A stretch of 64,000 nt of DNA. It comes from Flavobacteriales bacterium (GTDB taxonomy: Bacteria; Bacteroidota; Bacteroidia; Palsa-965). The translations under genes were made by a program, and so were the position numbers. The notes beneath the pieces were generated by a model. That model saw nothing but the letters and a program-made list of their open reading frames with translations, did not search any database and was not told the DNA's origin. Every line of letters begins with the position of its first letter. The stretch's first letter is position 1. The DNA lies in the NCBI GenBank assembly GCA_040377305.1, contig JBEIPA010000007.1:96001-160000 (forward strand), given 5' to 3'. This document shows, in pieces, positions 10,876 through 19,465 of this stretch.

Positions 10876-10993
10876 TTCCCATTTACCTGTCGCCGTTGTT
10901 CAACCTTCCGGTTTTTAAGTTGAACCATCGTATAATTAAGAACAACGGTCTGAAAGACGGGCGATGGTGTTTATGGGTTCTTAACTTCGAAGA

Positions 10994-11833
10994 ATGCAGC
11001 AGAAACAATTCAAACCTGAAGTACCGGCTACTCAATTCATTAAAATTCTCGGCGCCAAAGTCCGTTATGCGGATGTAGGCAAGGGTAGAGTAGTGGTATT
11101 GCTTCACGGCTTTGTGGAAAATCTCGAAGTATGGTTCGGAAATAAATTCGCTCAGGATTTAGCAAAACATTATCGGGTGATTGCAATTGATCTGCCAGGT
11201 CATGGGAAGAGCGAATGTATCGGTTACGTTCATCGTATGGAGAGATTGGCTGATGTGGTGAAAGGATTGATGGATGAACTAGGCTTGCGCCGTTACGCGA
11301 TGGTAGGTCACTCGATGGGCGGATATGTTGCGTTGGCGTTTGCAGAAAAGTATCCTGATAATTTGTCCGGATTCTGTTTGTTTCATTCTACCACTACGCC
11401 CGACAGCGCAGCGAAGAAGATTGAGCGGGAACGTGCAATTCGTCTCGTGAAAAAAGCACCGACAAAATATACGAACGCGCTTATTGAGAATTTGTTTGCC
11501 GTAGCGAATGTTCGTTATTTCAAAAGTGAAATTACCTGGCTGAAGCGCATGGCTGCGAAAACAAAACCGCAGGGAATTATTGCTTGCTTAGAAGGAATGA
11601 AGATTCGCAAGAACAGAGAAAGTATTTTGCGTAACTCAACGGTTCCGGTTTTATTTATGGCTGGCGCGCGTGATAATGTGATTCCACTTGAGGTAAGTGA
11701 GAAACAGAAAGACCTTGCGAAGGATCAGCGTTATGTTGCGCTGGAGAAATGCGGTCACATGGGATTTCTGGAGCAGAAGGAAACAGCGCTGAAGAAGTTG
11801 AAGGCATTCTGTTCGCACGCCTTTAGCGCATAG
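10994..11833 (+). CDS. Alpha/beta fold hydrolase
   Basis: LLHGF, DLPGHG, GHSMGG nucleophile elbow, GHMGFLE. Confidence 0.92.
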   Translation: MQQKQFKPEVPATQFIKILGAKVRYADVGKGRVVVLLHGFVENLEVWFGNKFAQDLAKHYRVIAIDLPGHGKSECIGYVHRMERLADVVKGLMDELGLRRYAMVGHSMGGYVALAFAEKYPDNLSGFCLFHSTTTPDSAAKKIERERAIRLVKKAPTKYTNALIENLFAVANVRYFKSEITWLKRMAAKTKPQGIIACLEGMKIRKNRESILRNSTVPVLFMAGARDNVIPLEVSEKQKDLAKDQRYVALEKCGHMGFLEQKETALKKLKAFCSHAFSA

Positions 11834-11951
11834 GAACATTGATTCACATTTGATTTTTTCTCTGTCCCGTTATGGTGTACGCCAGCAACTCAACAACTTT
11901 CGTTATTGAGTCAGTGGACATAATTCGGATTTATTTGGGGTAGCGCAATTT

Positions 11952-12203
11952 CTAGTTTAAACGGAAGCGTGCACTTCTTAATTTTTCACCATCCATCAGA
12001 CACACTTCGTATACACCAGGTGTAAGCGCAGAGATATCAATTACGCTATCAGCATCAGTCAAGAATCTGCCGTTGCATTTTTCCGTTCCACCAATGTCGA
12101 ATACGCTCCACGAGCAGTTCCTCACTGAAACCGGCGGTTCCAGATGCAGGAATCGTCCTTCGAGACGATAATTCAAACCTTCTTGTTTGGTGAGCAGATT
12201 CAT
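11952..12203 (-). CDS. Small protein resembling a stand-alone T9SS type A C-terminal domain
   Basis: From MNLL (12203): VFDIGG...IDISALTPGVYEV...RSARF resembles the CTD consensus. Confidence 0.55.
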   Translation of the reverse strand: MNLLTKQEGLNYRLEGRFLHLEPPVSVRNCSWSVFDIGGTEKCNGRFLTDADSVIDISALTPGVYEVCLMDGEKLRSARFRLN

Positions 12204-12315
12204 TAGGGGGCACTTATTATATAGTATAACGCGTGAACGGAAGGGGAGGTTCAAAGAACTCGACCAACATGGTTTTGGGGGAGATAAGAGAAACTGAGAG
12301 CCTGACAAGTTATCG

Positions 12316-12347
12316 AAAGCCGATTTTTCATTTGAAAAATCGGCTTT
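12316..12347. terminator. Hairpin terminator after the T9SS cargo gene
   Basis: 15-bp inverted repeat AAAGCCGATTTTTCA-TT-TGAAAAATCGGCTTT. Confidence 0.7.
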
Positions 12348-12408
12348 TCAGGTTAAAATTCTGTTCGTCGGATGAAATCCGCAAGGTGGGTTTATACGTA
12401 CGGCAGAA

Positions 12409-14112
12409 TTATTTTCGGATGAATTTGCCTGTGAGAACTACCGATCCCTTATTTACGCGGACGAAATAAATTCCGGATGCAAACTGACTTACGTCAACGA
12501 CCGCCGAATTTCCGGAAAGTACGGTTGAGGTATATACTACATTGCCCATCGCATCGATGATTTCGATTTGTGCGCCGGTGGAGTTGTCGCCACACAGAAT
12601 GTTGATTTGATCAGACGCCGGGTTCGGATAGACTGCTGCAGTGAATGTTTGTGGTTCTTCAATGCCAGTTGGCGTAGATCCGCACGAGCATGGATTATCC
12701 AAGGCAAAGCGTGAGCGCGCAGAATCAGCAGCACTGTACATTGCATTAACACTGGTCAGATGATCACCAGTCCCGCGAGCAAATACGTATGCGTACGTAA
12801 TGCATTCACTGGAACCGGCTTCGAGCGTGAATGGTCCAGATGAACCAACTCCTCTTCTGTCGTGCGGATAATGACTTGCCGTGTATTCCGTCCATGGAGG
12901 CAAGGGAGCTCCGTTATTGAGTATTCCAGATGGATCAGTATCGCCCGGATACATCATTGCGTATGGTGTTGTACCTCCATAGCCATATCCATCATAGGTC
13001 AACGGCGAAGAATCCTTCCAGTAGGCACGCAAGTAATTGTAGTGATCCCAACCGCTTTGCGGATTTCCAGTAACGGTGAAGTCGTTCTGATAAGAAACAA
13101 ATTGTGAAATAATACATGTTTCTCCTGGCTCATCCATTATTCCATCGCGGTCATTGTCTATCCCATCATTTGCATCCGCCAGCGGTCCATTCAGAAACAC
13201 AACTCCTTGTGCTGGAGGATGGGAACCATACGTGTAGGGACTGTACGCATTCCATCCATCAGAAGTGTCGCCATTGTATCCGTAGTATAAATTTCCAGTT
13301 ACACTACTTCCGATAAAATCATCAAACGCATCACCGATATCGAAATCGGTCCACTGTCCGGTGTACACGTCGTAATAGGTTTCTGAACTTCTATTGTACA
13401 TTCTGTAGTTCAGGAACACGGTGCTGTCCATGGTACTTCCCGGCGCAAGATATGCGTACATCATTGCGTGAATTTCAATTCCCATTTTTGCAGCTCCTGT
13501 TTCTGTGTGTGCTGCACGATCATCGTTGAATATGAAATACAGACACTGATCGCCCTTGATGCAGGGGTAATCTCCGTTGTTCGGATCGTAAAGTCCATCA
13601 CCATTGGCATCGCTGAACGGAGCGAGTTGCGCAGCTTGTCCTTTCGCTACATTCCCGTTTCCGGGCCACGTCTGAATATCATACGGCATAGAGTAATTCG
13701 GATATAGTCCCGGATTTGTTTGCCAAAGAATTAACGAGTCCACACTCGACTTATTTATTTTCCAAACATGATTCCACATGGCATTTGACTGCATAGTGTA
13801 GTATTGGGAATCCTGAACGGGGCCTTGAAAGAAATCGTCGCCCGATTGACGATACGTTTGCGCACCGAGATGCAGATTGCCCATAGAATCTAATCCACCG
13901 ATCCAAAGTGCTCCTGCGAAGATTGTGCTGGTCGAACTATCGGCAGGAACATTAAACTCCGCGAAGTTGCTGTTAGGGTGCCAAAATAAGTCACCATTCG
14001 ATTGTGCTGCAGCGTTTACTTCATTAATGTCGAGATGACTGTACTGTGGCGTTTGTGCATTGATGCTGCAAAATGAAATTGTAGCGAATGCTGAGAGTAA
14101 AATCTTTTTCAT
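12409..14112 (-). CDS. Secreted T9SS type A sorting domain protein
   Basis: Signal peptide MKKILLSAF; DANGDG and DGIDNDRDGIMDE Ca-binding-like loops; C-terminal VYPNPA...GIYFVRV...KFIRK. Confidence 0.9.
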   Translation of the reverse strand: MKKILLSAFATISFCSINAQTPQYSHLDINEVNAAAQSNGDLFWHPNSNFAEFNVPADSSTSTIFAGALWIGGLDSMGNLHLGAQTYRQSGDDFFQGPVQDSQYYTMQSNAMWNHVWKINKSSVDSLILWQTNPGLYPNYSMPYDIQTWPGNGNVAKGQAAQLAPFSDANGDGLYDPNNGDYPCIKGDQCLYFIFNDDRAAHTETGAAKMGIEIHAMMYAYLAPGSTMDSTVFLNYRMYNRSSETYYDVYTGQWTDFDIGDAFDDFIGSSVTGNLYYGYNGDTSDGWNAYSPYTYGSHPPAQGVVFLNGPLADANDGIDNDRDGIMDEPGETCIISQFVSYQNDFTVTGNPQSGWDHYNYLRAYWKDSSPLTYDGYGYGGTTPYAMMYPGDTDPSGILNNGAPLPPWTEYTASHYPHDRRGVGSSGPFTLEAGSSECITYAYVFARGTGDHLTSVNAMYSAADSARSRFALDNPCSCGSTPTGIEEPQTFTAAVYPNPASDQINILCGDNSTGAQIEIIDAMGNVVYTSTVLSGNSAVVDVSQFASGIYFVRVNKGSVVLTGKFIRK

Positions 14113-14235
14113 GACTCCAAGTATTAAATGAAACTTAATTCAATTTAGATCGGAGATGTTGAATGAGCGAATCAGAATTGGAGATGATTATACTAGTGTA
14201 GATTTTTTTTGTCGGATCAGAGATCACTATACCAC

Positions 14236-14269
14236 AAAAAAAATCTCCCGGTCAGCTACAACCGGGAGA
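14236..14269 (-). terminator. Intrinsic terminator of the microprotein gene
   Basis: TCTCCCGGT-N8-ACCGGGAGA stem followed by 8 U on the minus strand. Confidence 0.85.
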
Positions 14270-14285
14270 AATTTTCCACACACAC

Positions 14286-14414
14286 TTAGGAAAAAATAAC
14301 GTTGAAAACGTTATAGATAATAAAACCAACGCATACTACACCAAAAAGGATGCTGATGGTGCCGAGGCCGTCTACATTCTGAGAGTGACCTTTTCTTGCT
14401 ACTGACTTTTTCAT
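14286..14414 (-). CDS. 42-aa single-TM microprotein (not in the ORF track)
   Basis: MKKSVARKGHSQNVDGLGTISILFGVVCVGFIIYNVFNVIFS*; basic N-terminus, hydrophobic C-terminus, terminator 16 nt after the stop. Confidence 0.7.
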   Translation of the reverse strand: MKKSVARKGHSQNVDGLGTISILFGVVCVGFIIYNVFNVIFS

Positions 14415-14484
14415 GGCACACTAATTTTGAGGGTTAACTTATATCTTGATCACAACACTCCTGGTTGCGATTCGAGGGAGCGGC

Positions 14485-14514
14485 GTCCCGACGTTCACTA
14501 CGTGAAGTCGGGAC
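14485..14514. repeat. REP-like palindrome (CCCGAC...GTCGGG)
   Basis: GTCCCGAC-GTTCACTACGTGAA-GTCGGGAC; related copy at 43949-43975. Confidence 0.7.
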
Positions 14515-14574
14515 ATATTTAGATCTCTCGTATTTGTCCGAAGAATAAAAGATCGGACAGGAGAGAAAGATGCC

Positions 14575-14667
14575 AAACTAAAGAGCCGGGTGCAATAAAC
14601 CGCTGATGCAACATCCCCGAATACACCAGCAATTCCACTACACCCTTAGGCTCAGGGCCCGGCTCTT
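14575..14667 (-). ncRNA. Candidate structured RNA (three-way junction, G-U rich)
   Basis: 10-bp closing stem AAGAGCCGGG/CCCGGCUCUU, small CCCU/AGGG hairpin, and a 20-bp arm with 8 G-U pairs that forms only on the minus strand. Confidence 0.6.
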
Positions 14668-14695
14668 AAAGTCTAATAATGATTCAATGAACTAA

Positions 14696-14736
14696 AACTC
14701 TATTCGTAATCGTATTGAACTCTAACTCTATTCGTA
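14696..14736. repeat. Direct repeat AACTCTATTCGTA x2
   Basis: Copies at 14696-14708 and 14724-14736. Confidence 0.8.
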
Positions 14737-14755
14737 TTCTATTTTTGGGATTCAG

Positions 14756-14773
14756 TCCCGATAGTTATCGGGA
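14756..14773. repeat. REP-like palindrome CCCGATAG(C/T)TATCGGG
   Basis: TCCCGATA-GT-TATCGGGA; related copies at 15034-15051, 47878-47896 and a half copy at 50701-50710. Confidence 0.75.
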
Positions 14774-14957
14774 TCATCCTGACTTCTGATCAATATTACG
14801 CTGAGAAAGAACAAAAGGGTAGTGACTTTGTGTATGTGGTAACACACTTGTCTTAATCGGATTTCAAAAAAGTATATCTGGTAATTCGCGTGAAAAAGCC
14901 GCCGAATTTGTCTGAATTCAGTCATTTTTCACTGGAGAAATCCATTTCTGCACGTGG

Positions 14958-14999
14958 ATCAACAGGCGCTACATCTTAATCAACAAAGCATACATCTTA
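14958..14999 (-). promoter_or_regulatory. 21-bp tandem direct repeat, candidate LytTR operator
   Basis: ATCAACAggcgcTACATCTTA ATCAACAaagcaTACATCTTA (16/21 identical), 80 bp downstream of a LytTR gene. Confidence 0.65.
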
Positions 15000-15023
15000 T
15001 CGCTTCGGGTCATACCCAAAATG

Positions 15024-15058
15024 AAAAAGTCAGCCCTGATAGCTATCCGGACTGACTT
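15024..15058 (-). terminator. Terminator of the LytS/LytTR operon
   Basis: AAGTCAG...CTGACTT stem enclosing a GATAGCTATC palindrome, U-tract on the minus strand. Confidence 0.7.
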
Positions 15059-15078
15059 CACTTGCTGAGACCTGAGTT

Positions 15079-15831
15079 CTATGCCTTGTTGAGTCGCGCT
15101 ATGAACGCTTCCTTCTTACGACGTGATATTTCAATTTGTGTGCCATCCGACATCACAGCATAACCACCATCTGTTTTCAGATAGCGAACAACGTGTGCCA
15201 TATTGATTAGATGGTGATGGTGCACGCGAATGAATTCATCTTCCGGCAAAAGATCTTCGTAATGTTTTAGTGATGCAGATACGAGCAGTTTCTTTTTACT
15301 CTCGAGGAAAAATGTGGTGTAGCTACCATCGGCTTCGCAGCGAATGATGTCTTTCACGTTTACAATCTCGTATGCGTTTCCGGTTGGAAGAGTAATCTTG
15401 GAATATTGCGCAGTGGGTTGCTTGAAGTTCTGTAATAGAAAGCGCAGGTTCTCGAGGCTTGCATCGTTGTTGGGCTGTTTTGTTTTCAGTTTATCAACAG
15501 CAACTTTCAATTCATCACCATCGATTGGCTTGAGCAAGTAATCAATAGCGCTGAACTTGATTGCTTTCAACGCATGTGCATCAGAAGCAGTGGTAAAGAT
15601 CACGTCGTACTTGCCGCTGCCAATGCGCTCGAGCAAATCGAATCCGCTTCCGTCAGCCATCTCGATATCGAGGAAGATGAGGTTTGGCGAAGTCTTCTGG
15701 ATCAGCTCAATTCCACTTGCTACAGAATCGGCAGAGCCAATAATATTCACATCCGGACAGTTTGCAGTAACAAGTGCCTGCAATACTTCCATGCTTTTCT
15801 TTTCGTCTTCGACAATTACTGCGTTGATCAT
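15079..15831 (-). CDS. LytTR-family response regulator
   Basis: REC domain (FLDIEM, DYLLKP) plus LytTR domain (EADGSYT, FIRVHHHHLIN, ISRRKK). Confidence 0.96.
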   Translation of the reverse strand: MINAVIVEDEKKSMEVLQALVTANCPDVNIIGSADSVASGIELIQKTSPNLIFLDIEMADGSGFDLLERIGSGKYDVIFTTASDAHALKAIKFSAIDYLLKPIDGDELKVAVDKLKTKQPNNDASLENLRFLLQNFKQPTAQYSKITLPTGNAYEIVNVKDIIRCEADGSYTTFFLESKKKLLVSASLKHYEDLLPEDEFIRVHHHHLINMAHVVRYLKTDGGYAVMSDGTQIEISRRKKEAFIARLNKA

Positions 15832-15872
15832 AAGTGAGGGATTTAAGTCCCGATTGCTAACTGGATGCCAAA

Positions 15873-18839
15873 TTAGGAAACAGGGATGAATATATCAACC
15901 TGTGTGCCCGCGCCAGTGCCATCTTCGTGTTTTAAATCGGTGATGGTCATACTTAGCTGTGAGCCATGTAGGTTGTTGATGAGTTCAAGTCGGTCGGAAG
16001 TAATTTTCATTCCGAGTGAGCGGTGATCCTTTCTGCTGGAGAGCTGTCGCATTTCCCGTGCTCTCTCGCGACCAATTCCGTTGTCTTTGATGCGGCAAAG
16101 CAAATTATTGCCTTGCATGCGCATGCTAAGTTCGAGATGTCCGGGTTCCTTGAGCGGAGTAAGTCCGTGAAGAATTGCGTTCTCGACGTAAGGCTGGAGA
16201 AGCATCGCAGGAATTTCAATGTAGTCGATTTCAATTTCGGGAGCGATTTCAATTTTCCAGTCGAACTTGTTGTCGAAACGCATCGCTTCAAGTTCGATGT
16301 AAAGCTGTAAGTACTCCACTTCTTCGCGAACAGTAATCTGCGACTTGTCGGAATTGTTTAGAATCATGCGCATCAGGCGCGCGAACTTGTTGAGATATTT
16401 TCCGGCGTCCTGCGCTTTGTTTGTAAGAATGAAATGCTGAATCGAATTCAATGAGTTGAACATGAAGTGCGGATTCATCTGCGCACGTAATGCTTTCAAT
16501 TCGTTTCCAGCAAGGGCAACACGCACTTCCGATTCTTTACGTTCACGATCGCGGATCTTACGAATGCGCGAGTAGATAGCAAGCAACAACATCGCAACAG
16601 TGATCGCAGAAATCGAAAACCAGAACCAGGAACGTTTCCAGATTGGAGTTTCGATCGTAAACGTGAATGTTGCAGGATCTTCATTCCACAAACCTTCGTT
16701 GTTACAGCTAATCACTTTAAACGTGTACGTGCCCGATGGAATATTCGGATAACGTGCAATGCGTTCTTTTGTGGGAGGAGAATAGTCTTTTTCAAATCCT
16801 TCCAGCATGTAACGGTATTGTACTTTCGCCGGATTTGCAAAACAGATTCCGACATATTCGAATGAAACGCTGTTCTCATCGTAAGCAAGCACAGCATTCT
16901 GCGGCAGCAATGTGTCCTTGTAGAAAACAGAAATCTTCGTAATGTTTGTTTTCGTGTAATACGGATTCGCGCGATACTGCTGCGGATTGTATTTGATCAA
17001 ACCGTTTACTGTTCCGAACCAGATGGTGCCGTCTTCCTGCTCGTAGAATCCATTCGTATTTGATTCCACTCCGGTGAATCCTTCTTCCTTTCCGAAGGTG
17101 TACACATTCTTGCGTTTCGCATTGCTATACGCGATTACATCAAAACGATTCACGCCCTGGTTGGTTCCTATCCACAGATTTTCTTTCCGGTGATCAATGC
17201 CCATTGCGTAGACGAGATCGGAATTCAATCCGTGCTGTTCGCGAATGCTGTCGATTCCATCTTTTGTTTTAATGAATACACCATCGAGTGATGCATAATA
17301 GATGTTCCCGAGTTTGTCTTCACAAATTCCAAAATAGGAATCGCCCGAAAAGCCAAGCTCAATGTCACGACGCGTGAAGGATTCATTTTCGAATGTGTAA
17401 AGGCCGCCGAGATAAGTGCCTACCCACAATACGTCATTCGCATCTTCGAGCATGCTCCACACATCAGGCTTCGGCGCATTAATCGGAATGGTGATGTGAT
17501 ACGCTGTGAATTTCCAGTCCTCATCAATTCGCGTTATACCGCTGTTTCCTCCAACCCATAACACTCCTTTCCTATTGCGGTAGATGATATTGACGGTGTC
17601 GTTGTTGAGTCCGTCTTTGCGGGTAAACACTTTGGATATTTTGTTATTGACGAAATGAACAAGTCCACCAGTAGTTCCAACCAATACACTACCATCATCC
17701 AGGGTGAACACGGCATTCGTTTTGTCGGTCGGCATTCCGTCTTTCTTCGAGTACCCGTTGAAAGTTGTTCCATCGTAACGGAAAACACCTTTCTCATCGG
17801 AACACACCCAGAGATTACCGGATTTGTCTTCCGTAATTCCGAAAATGAAATTTCCGGAGAGTCCGTCTTTCTGTCCGTAGCCTACAAATCCTTTTCCACG
17901 AAAGCGATATAATCCGGATGCAGTTCCGAGCCAAACGTTGTTTTCGTAATCGTTGTAAAGGCTGATGATTTTTTCAGCGTTTACATCGTCAGAAATTTTC
18001 GTGTACTCGAATTTTGAACCGTCGAAAGAATACAATCCGTTCTGCGCGCCAATCCACAACACGCCACTGATGTCGGTGACCATAGCATTGATCAACGGAA
18101 CCGCAGTTCCATCAGGAGGGATGAACTGACGAAATACGCCGCCTTCCATGATGAACATTCCGTCAGTTGTTCCGCATACAATTCTTCCGTTGCGATCTTT
18201 GTTGATGGCATGGACATCATTCTCATAAAACCTCGGGAAGTTTTGCGGTGTGAATTTTCCATTCGATAATTCATACACACCTTCATTGGTGCCGATCCAG
18301 ATTTTTCCTGAATTGGGTTCTTCGTAAAATGTAAGAATCGACAACTCCGGAAACTTTGGATCTATGTTGAGCTTCTCGAATTTTCCGTTGTTGTATTTCG
18401 CAAGACCACGATCTGTGCCGATGTACAAACTGTTCCGTTCATCGCGCAACAAACACGAAATGTAATTGGAAGGCAATCCGTCTTTCTCGGTGTACGTTGT
18501 GAAAACTTCATCTTTCAGAGTCGCGAGCCCTTCGATTGTTCCGATCCACAACGTATTGTTTTCGTATTCTGTAATTGCATTTACCCAGTGATTCGGAAGT
18601 CCGGATAGCGGAGAATAATTCTGAAACGAAATTCCGTTGAAGCGACTCAGTCCGCCGTATGCGCCCATCCACAAATAGCCGTGCGCATCCTGGTACATGG
18701 TGAAGACCTGCACGAATGGCATTCCATCATCAACAGAATAATTTCGGAAGTGATAGGTTTGTGCGCGCGAATTATTCCCAAATAAAATCAGGAATGTCAA
18801 CAACACCAACATGCGAGAACCGGAGTTCAAAGGGAGCAT
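15873..18839 (-). CDS. LytS-type sensor histidine kinase with periplasmic beta-propeller and Y_Y_Y domains
   Basis: Repeated D..G.LWIGT.GL blades, YRYMLEG, TM helix, LRAQMNPHFMFNSLN, QPYVENAILHG, DNGIG. Confidence 0.95.
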   Translation of the reverse strand: MLPLNSGSRMLVLLTFLILFGNNSRAQTYHFRNYSVDDGMPFVQVFTMYQDAHGYLWMGAYGGLSRFNGISFQNYSPLSGLPNHWVNAITEYENNTLWIGTIEGLATLKDEVFTTYTEKDGLPSNYISCLLRDERNSLYIGTDRGLAKYNNGKFEKLNIDPKFPELSILTFYEEPNSGKIWIGTNEGVYELSNGKFTPQNFPRFYENDVHAINKDRNGRIVCGTTDGMFIMEGGVFRQFIPPDGTAVPLINAMVTDISGVLWIGAQNGLYSFDGSKFEYTKISDDVNAEKIISLYNDYENNVWLGTASGLYRFRGKGFVGYGQKDGLSGNFIFGITEDKSGNLWVCSDEKGVFRYDGTTFNGYSKKDGMPTDKTNAVFTLDDGSVLVGTTGGLVHFVNNKISKVFTRKDGLNNDTVNIIYRNRKGVLWVGGNSGITRIDEDWKFTAYHITIPINAPKPDVWSMLEDANDVLWVGTYLGGLYTFENESFTRRDIELGFSGDSYFGICEDKLGNIYYASLDGVFIKTKDGIDSIREQHGLNSDLVYAMGIDHRKENLWIGTNQGVNRFDVIAYSNAKRKNVYTFGKEEGFTGVESNTNGFYEQEDGTIWFGTVNGLIKYNPQQYRANPYYTKTNITKISVFYKDTLLPQNAVLAYDENSVSFEYVGICFANPAKVQYRYMLEGFEKDYSPPTKERIARYPNIPSGTYTFKVISCNNEGLWNEDPATFTFTIETPIWKRSWFWFSISAITVAMLLLAIYSRIRKIRDRERKESEVRVALAGNELKALRAQMNPHFMFNSLNSIQHFILTNKAQDAGKYLNKFARLMRMILNNSDKSQITVREEVEYLQLYIELEAMRFDNKFDWKIEIAPEIEIDYIEIPAMLLQPYVENAILHGLTPLKEPGHLELSMRMQGNNLLCRIKDNGIGRERAREMRQLSSRKDHRSLGMKITSDRLELINNLHGSQLSMTITDLKHEDGTGAGTQVDIFIPVS

Positions 18840-18914
18840 GGAACTAAGTTAAGTGTTCCCGTGGAAAGCAGTGCGCTGTGGTAGTTTTGGGTTTGCTAGT
18901 GGTTCATTTACCTC

Positions 18915-19012
18915 TGACCTTGAGCGTTGAACATTGAGCTTTGAGCGTTGAACATTAGATTCACTCGTGTTGATGTTCAGTAAAGTGTCAATAATCAATG
19001 TTCAAGGGTCAA
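18915..19012. repeat. Heptamer tandem repeat (TGARCNT x5) with an inverted partial copy
   Basis: tgagcgt tgaacat tgagctt tgagcgt tgaacat at 18921-18955; CAATGTTCAAGGGTCAA inverse copy near 18996-19012. Confidence 0.75.
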
Positions 19013-19025
19013 GTAGCAACGTTAT

Positions 19026-19097
19026 AAAAAACCGAGGGTCCGGTCAACATCCCCTTTGAACCCGGACCCTACGGAGGATCGCATGAATTTCCAATAC
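19026..19097 (-). ncRNA. Candidate ~70-nt small RNA or attenuator
   Basis: TACGTTTG -7 box at 19102-19109; stem CCGUAGGGUCCGG/CCGGACCCUCGG followed by 6 U; no ORF. Confidence 0.55.
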
Positions 19098-19257
19098 GAT
19101 ACAAACGTAGAGGGAGTGCACGTGGTAAGGAAATCAGATGGGAACAGGAATTAACATTCCCAACGCAACCGAAAAAGGGCTAAGGTTCTGAAAAACAATG
19201 TTATATAGGTGAAATGAGATGCGTTTGTAGCTAATATCCATGCTTAGGTCATTCTTT

Positions 19258-19294
19258 ACATGTCCAAACCGTTCATGTCGCCTGTTGGACATGT
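19258..19294. promoter_or_regulatory. Inverted repeat ACATGTCCAA-N17-TTGGACATGT
   Basis: Perfect 10-bp arms in the divergent intergenic region. Confidence 0.45.
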
Positions 19295-19465
19295 TGTAAA
19301 ATGGAGCGTTTTTAGGTACCTTGAATGGAATGATCAAGAGCGTACTTTGAGGCATCCACCAATAGACAAATCGGAATATTCCGGAATTCGGTATTTACTT
19401 GATTCGGTAAGATTGTCGTTGGAAATGCTAAGAAATGGGGCATCAAACTTGATCCAAAATTAAAC

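Noticed and set aside
18915-18960. 16-bp repeat with 21-bp period as a CRISPR array or second LytTR site
   Set aside because: It resolves into a continuous heptamer tandem with no unique spacers, and there are no cas genes
14709-19100. 9-nt complementarity (ATCGTATTG/CAATACGAT) between the two RNA candidates
   Set aside because: Too short, and partly outside the predicted transcript start
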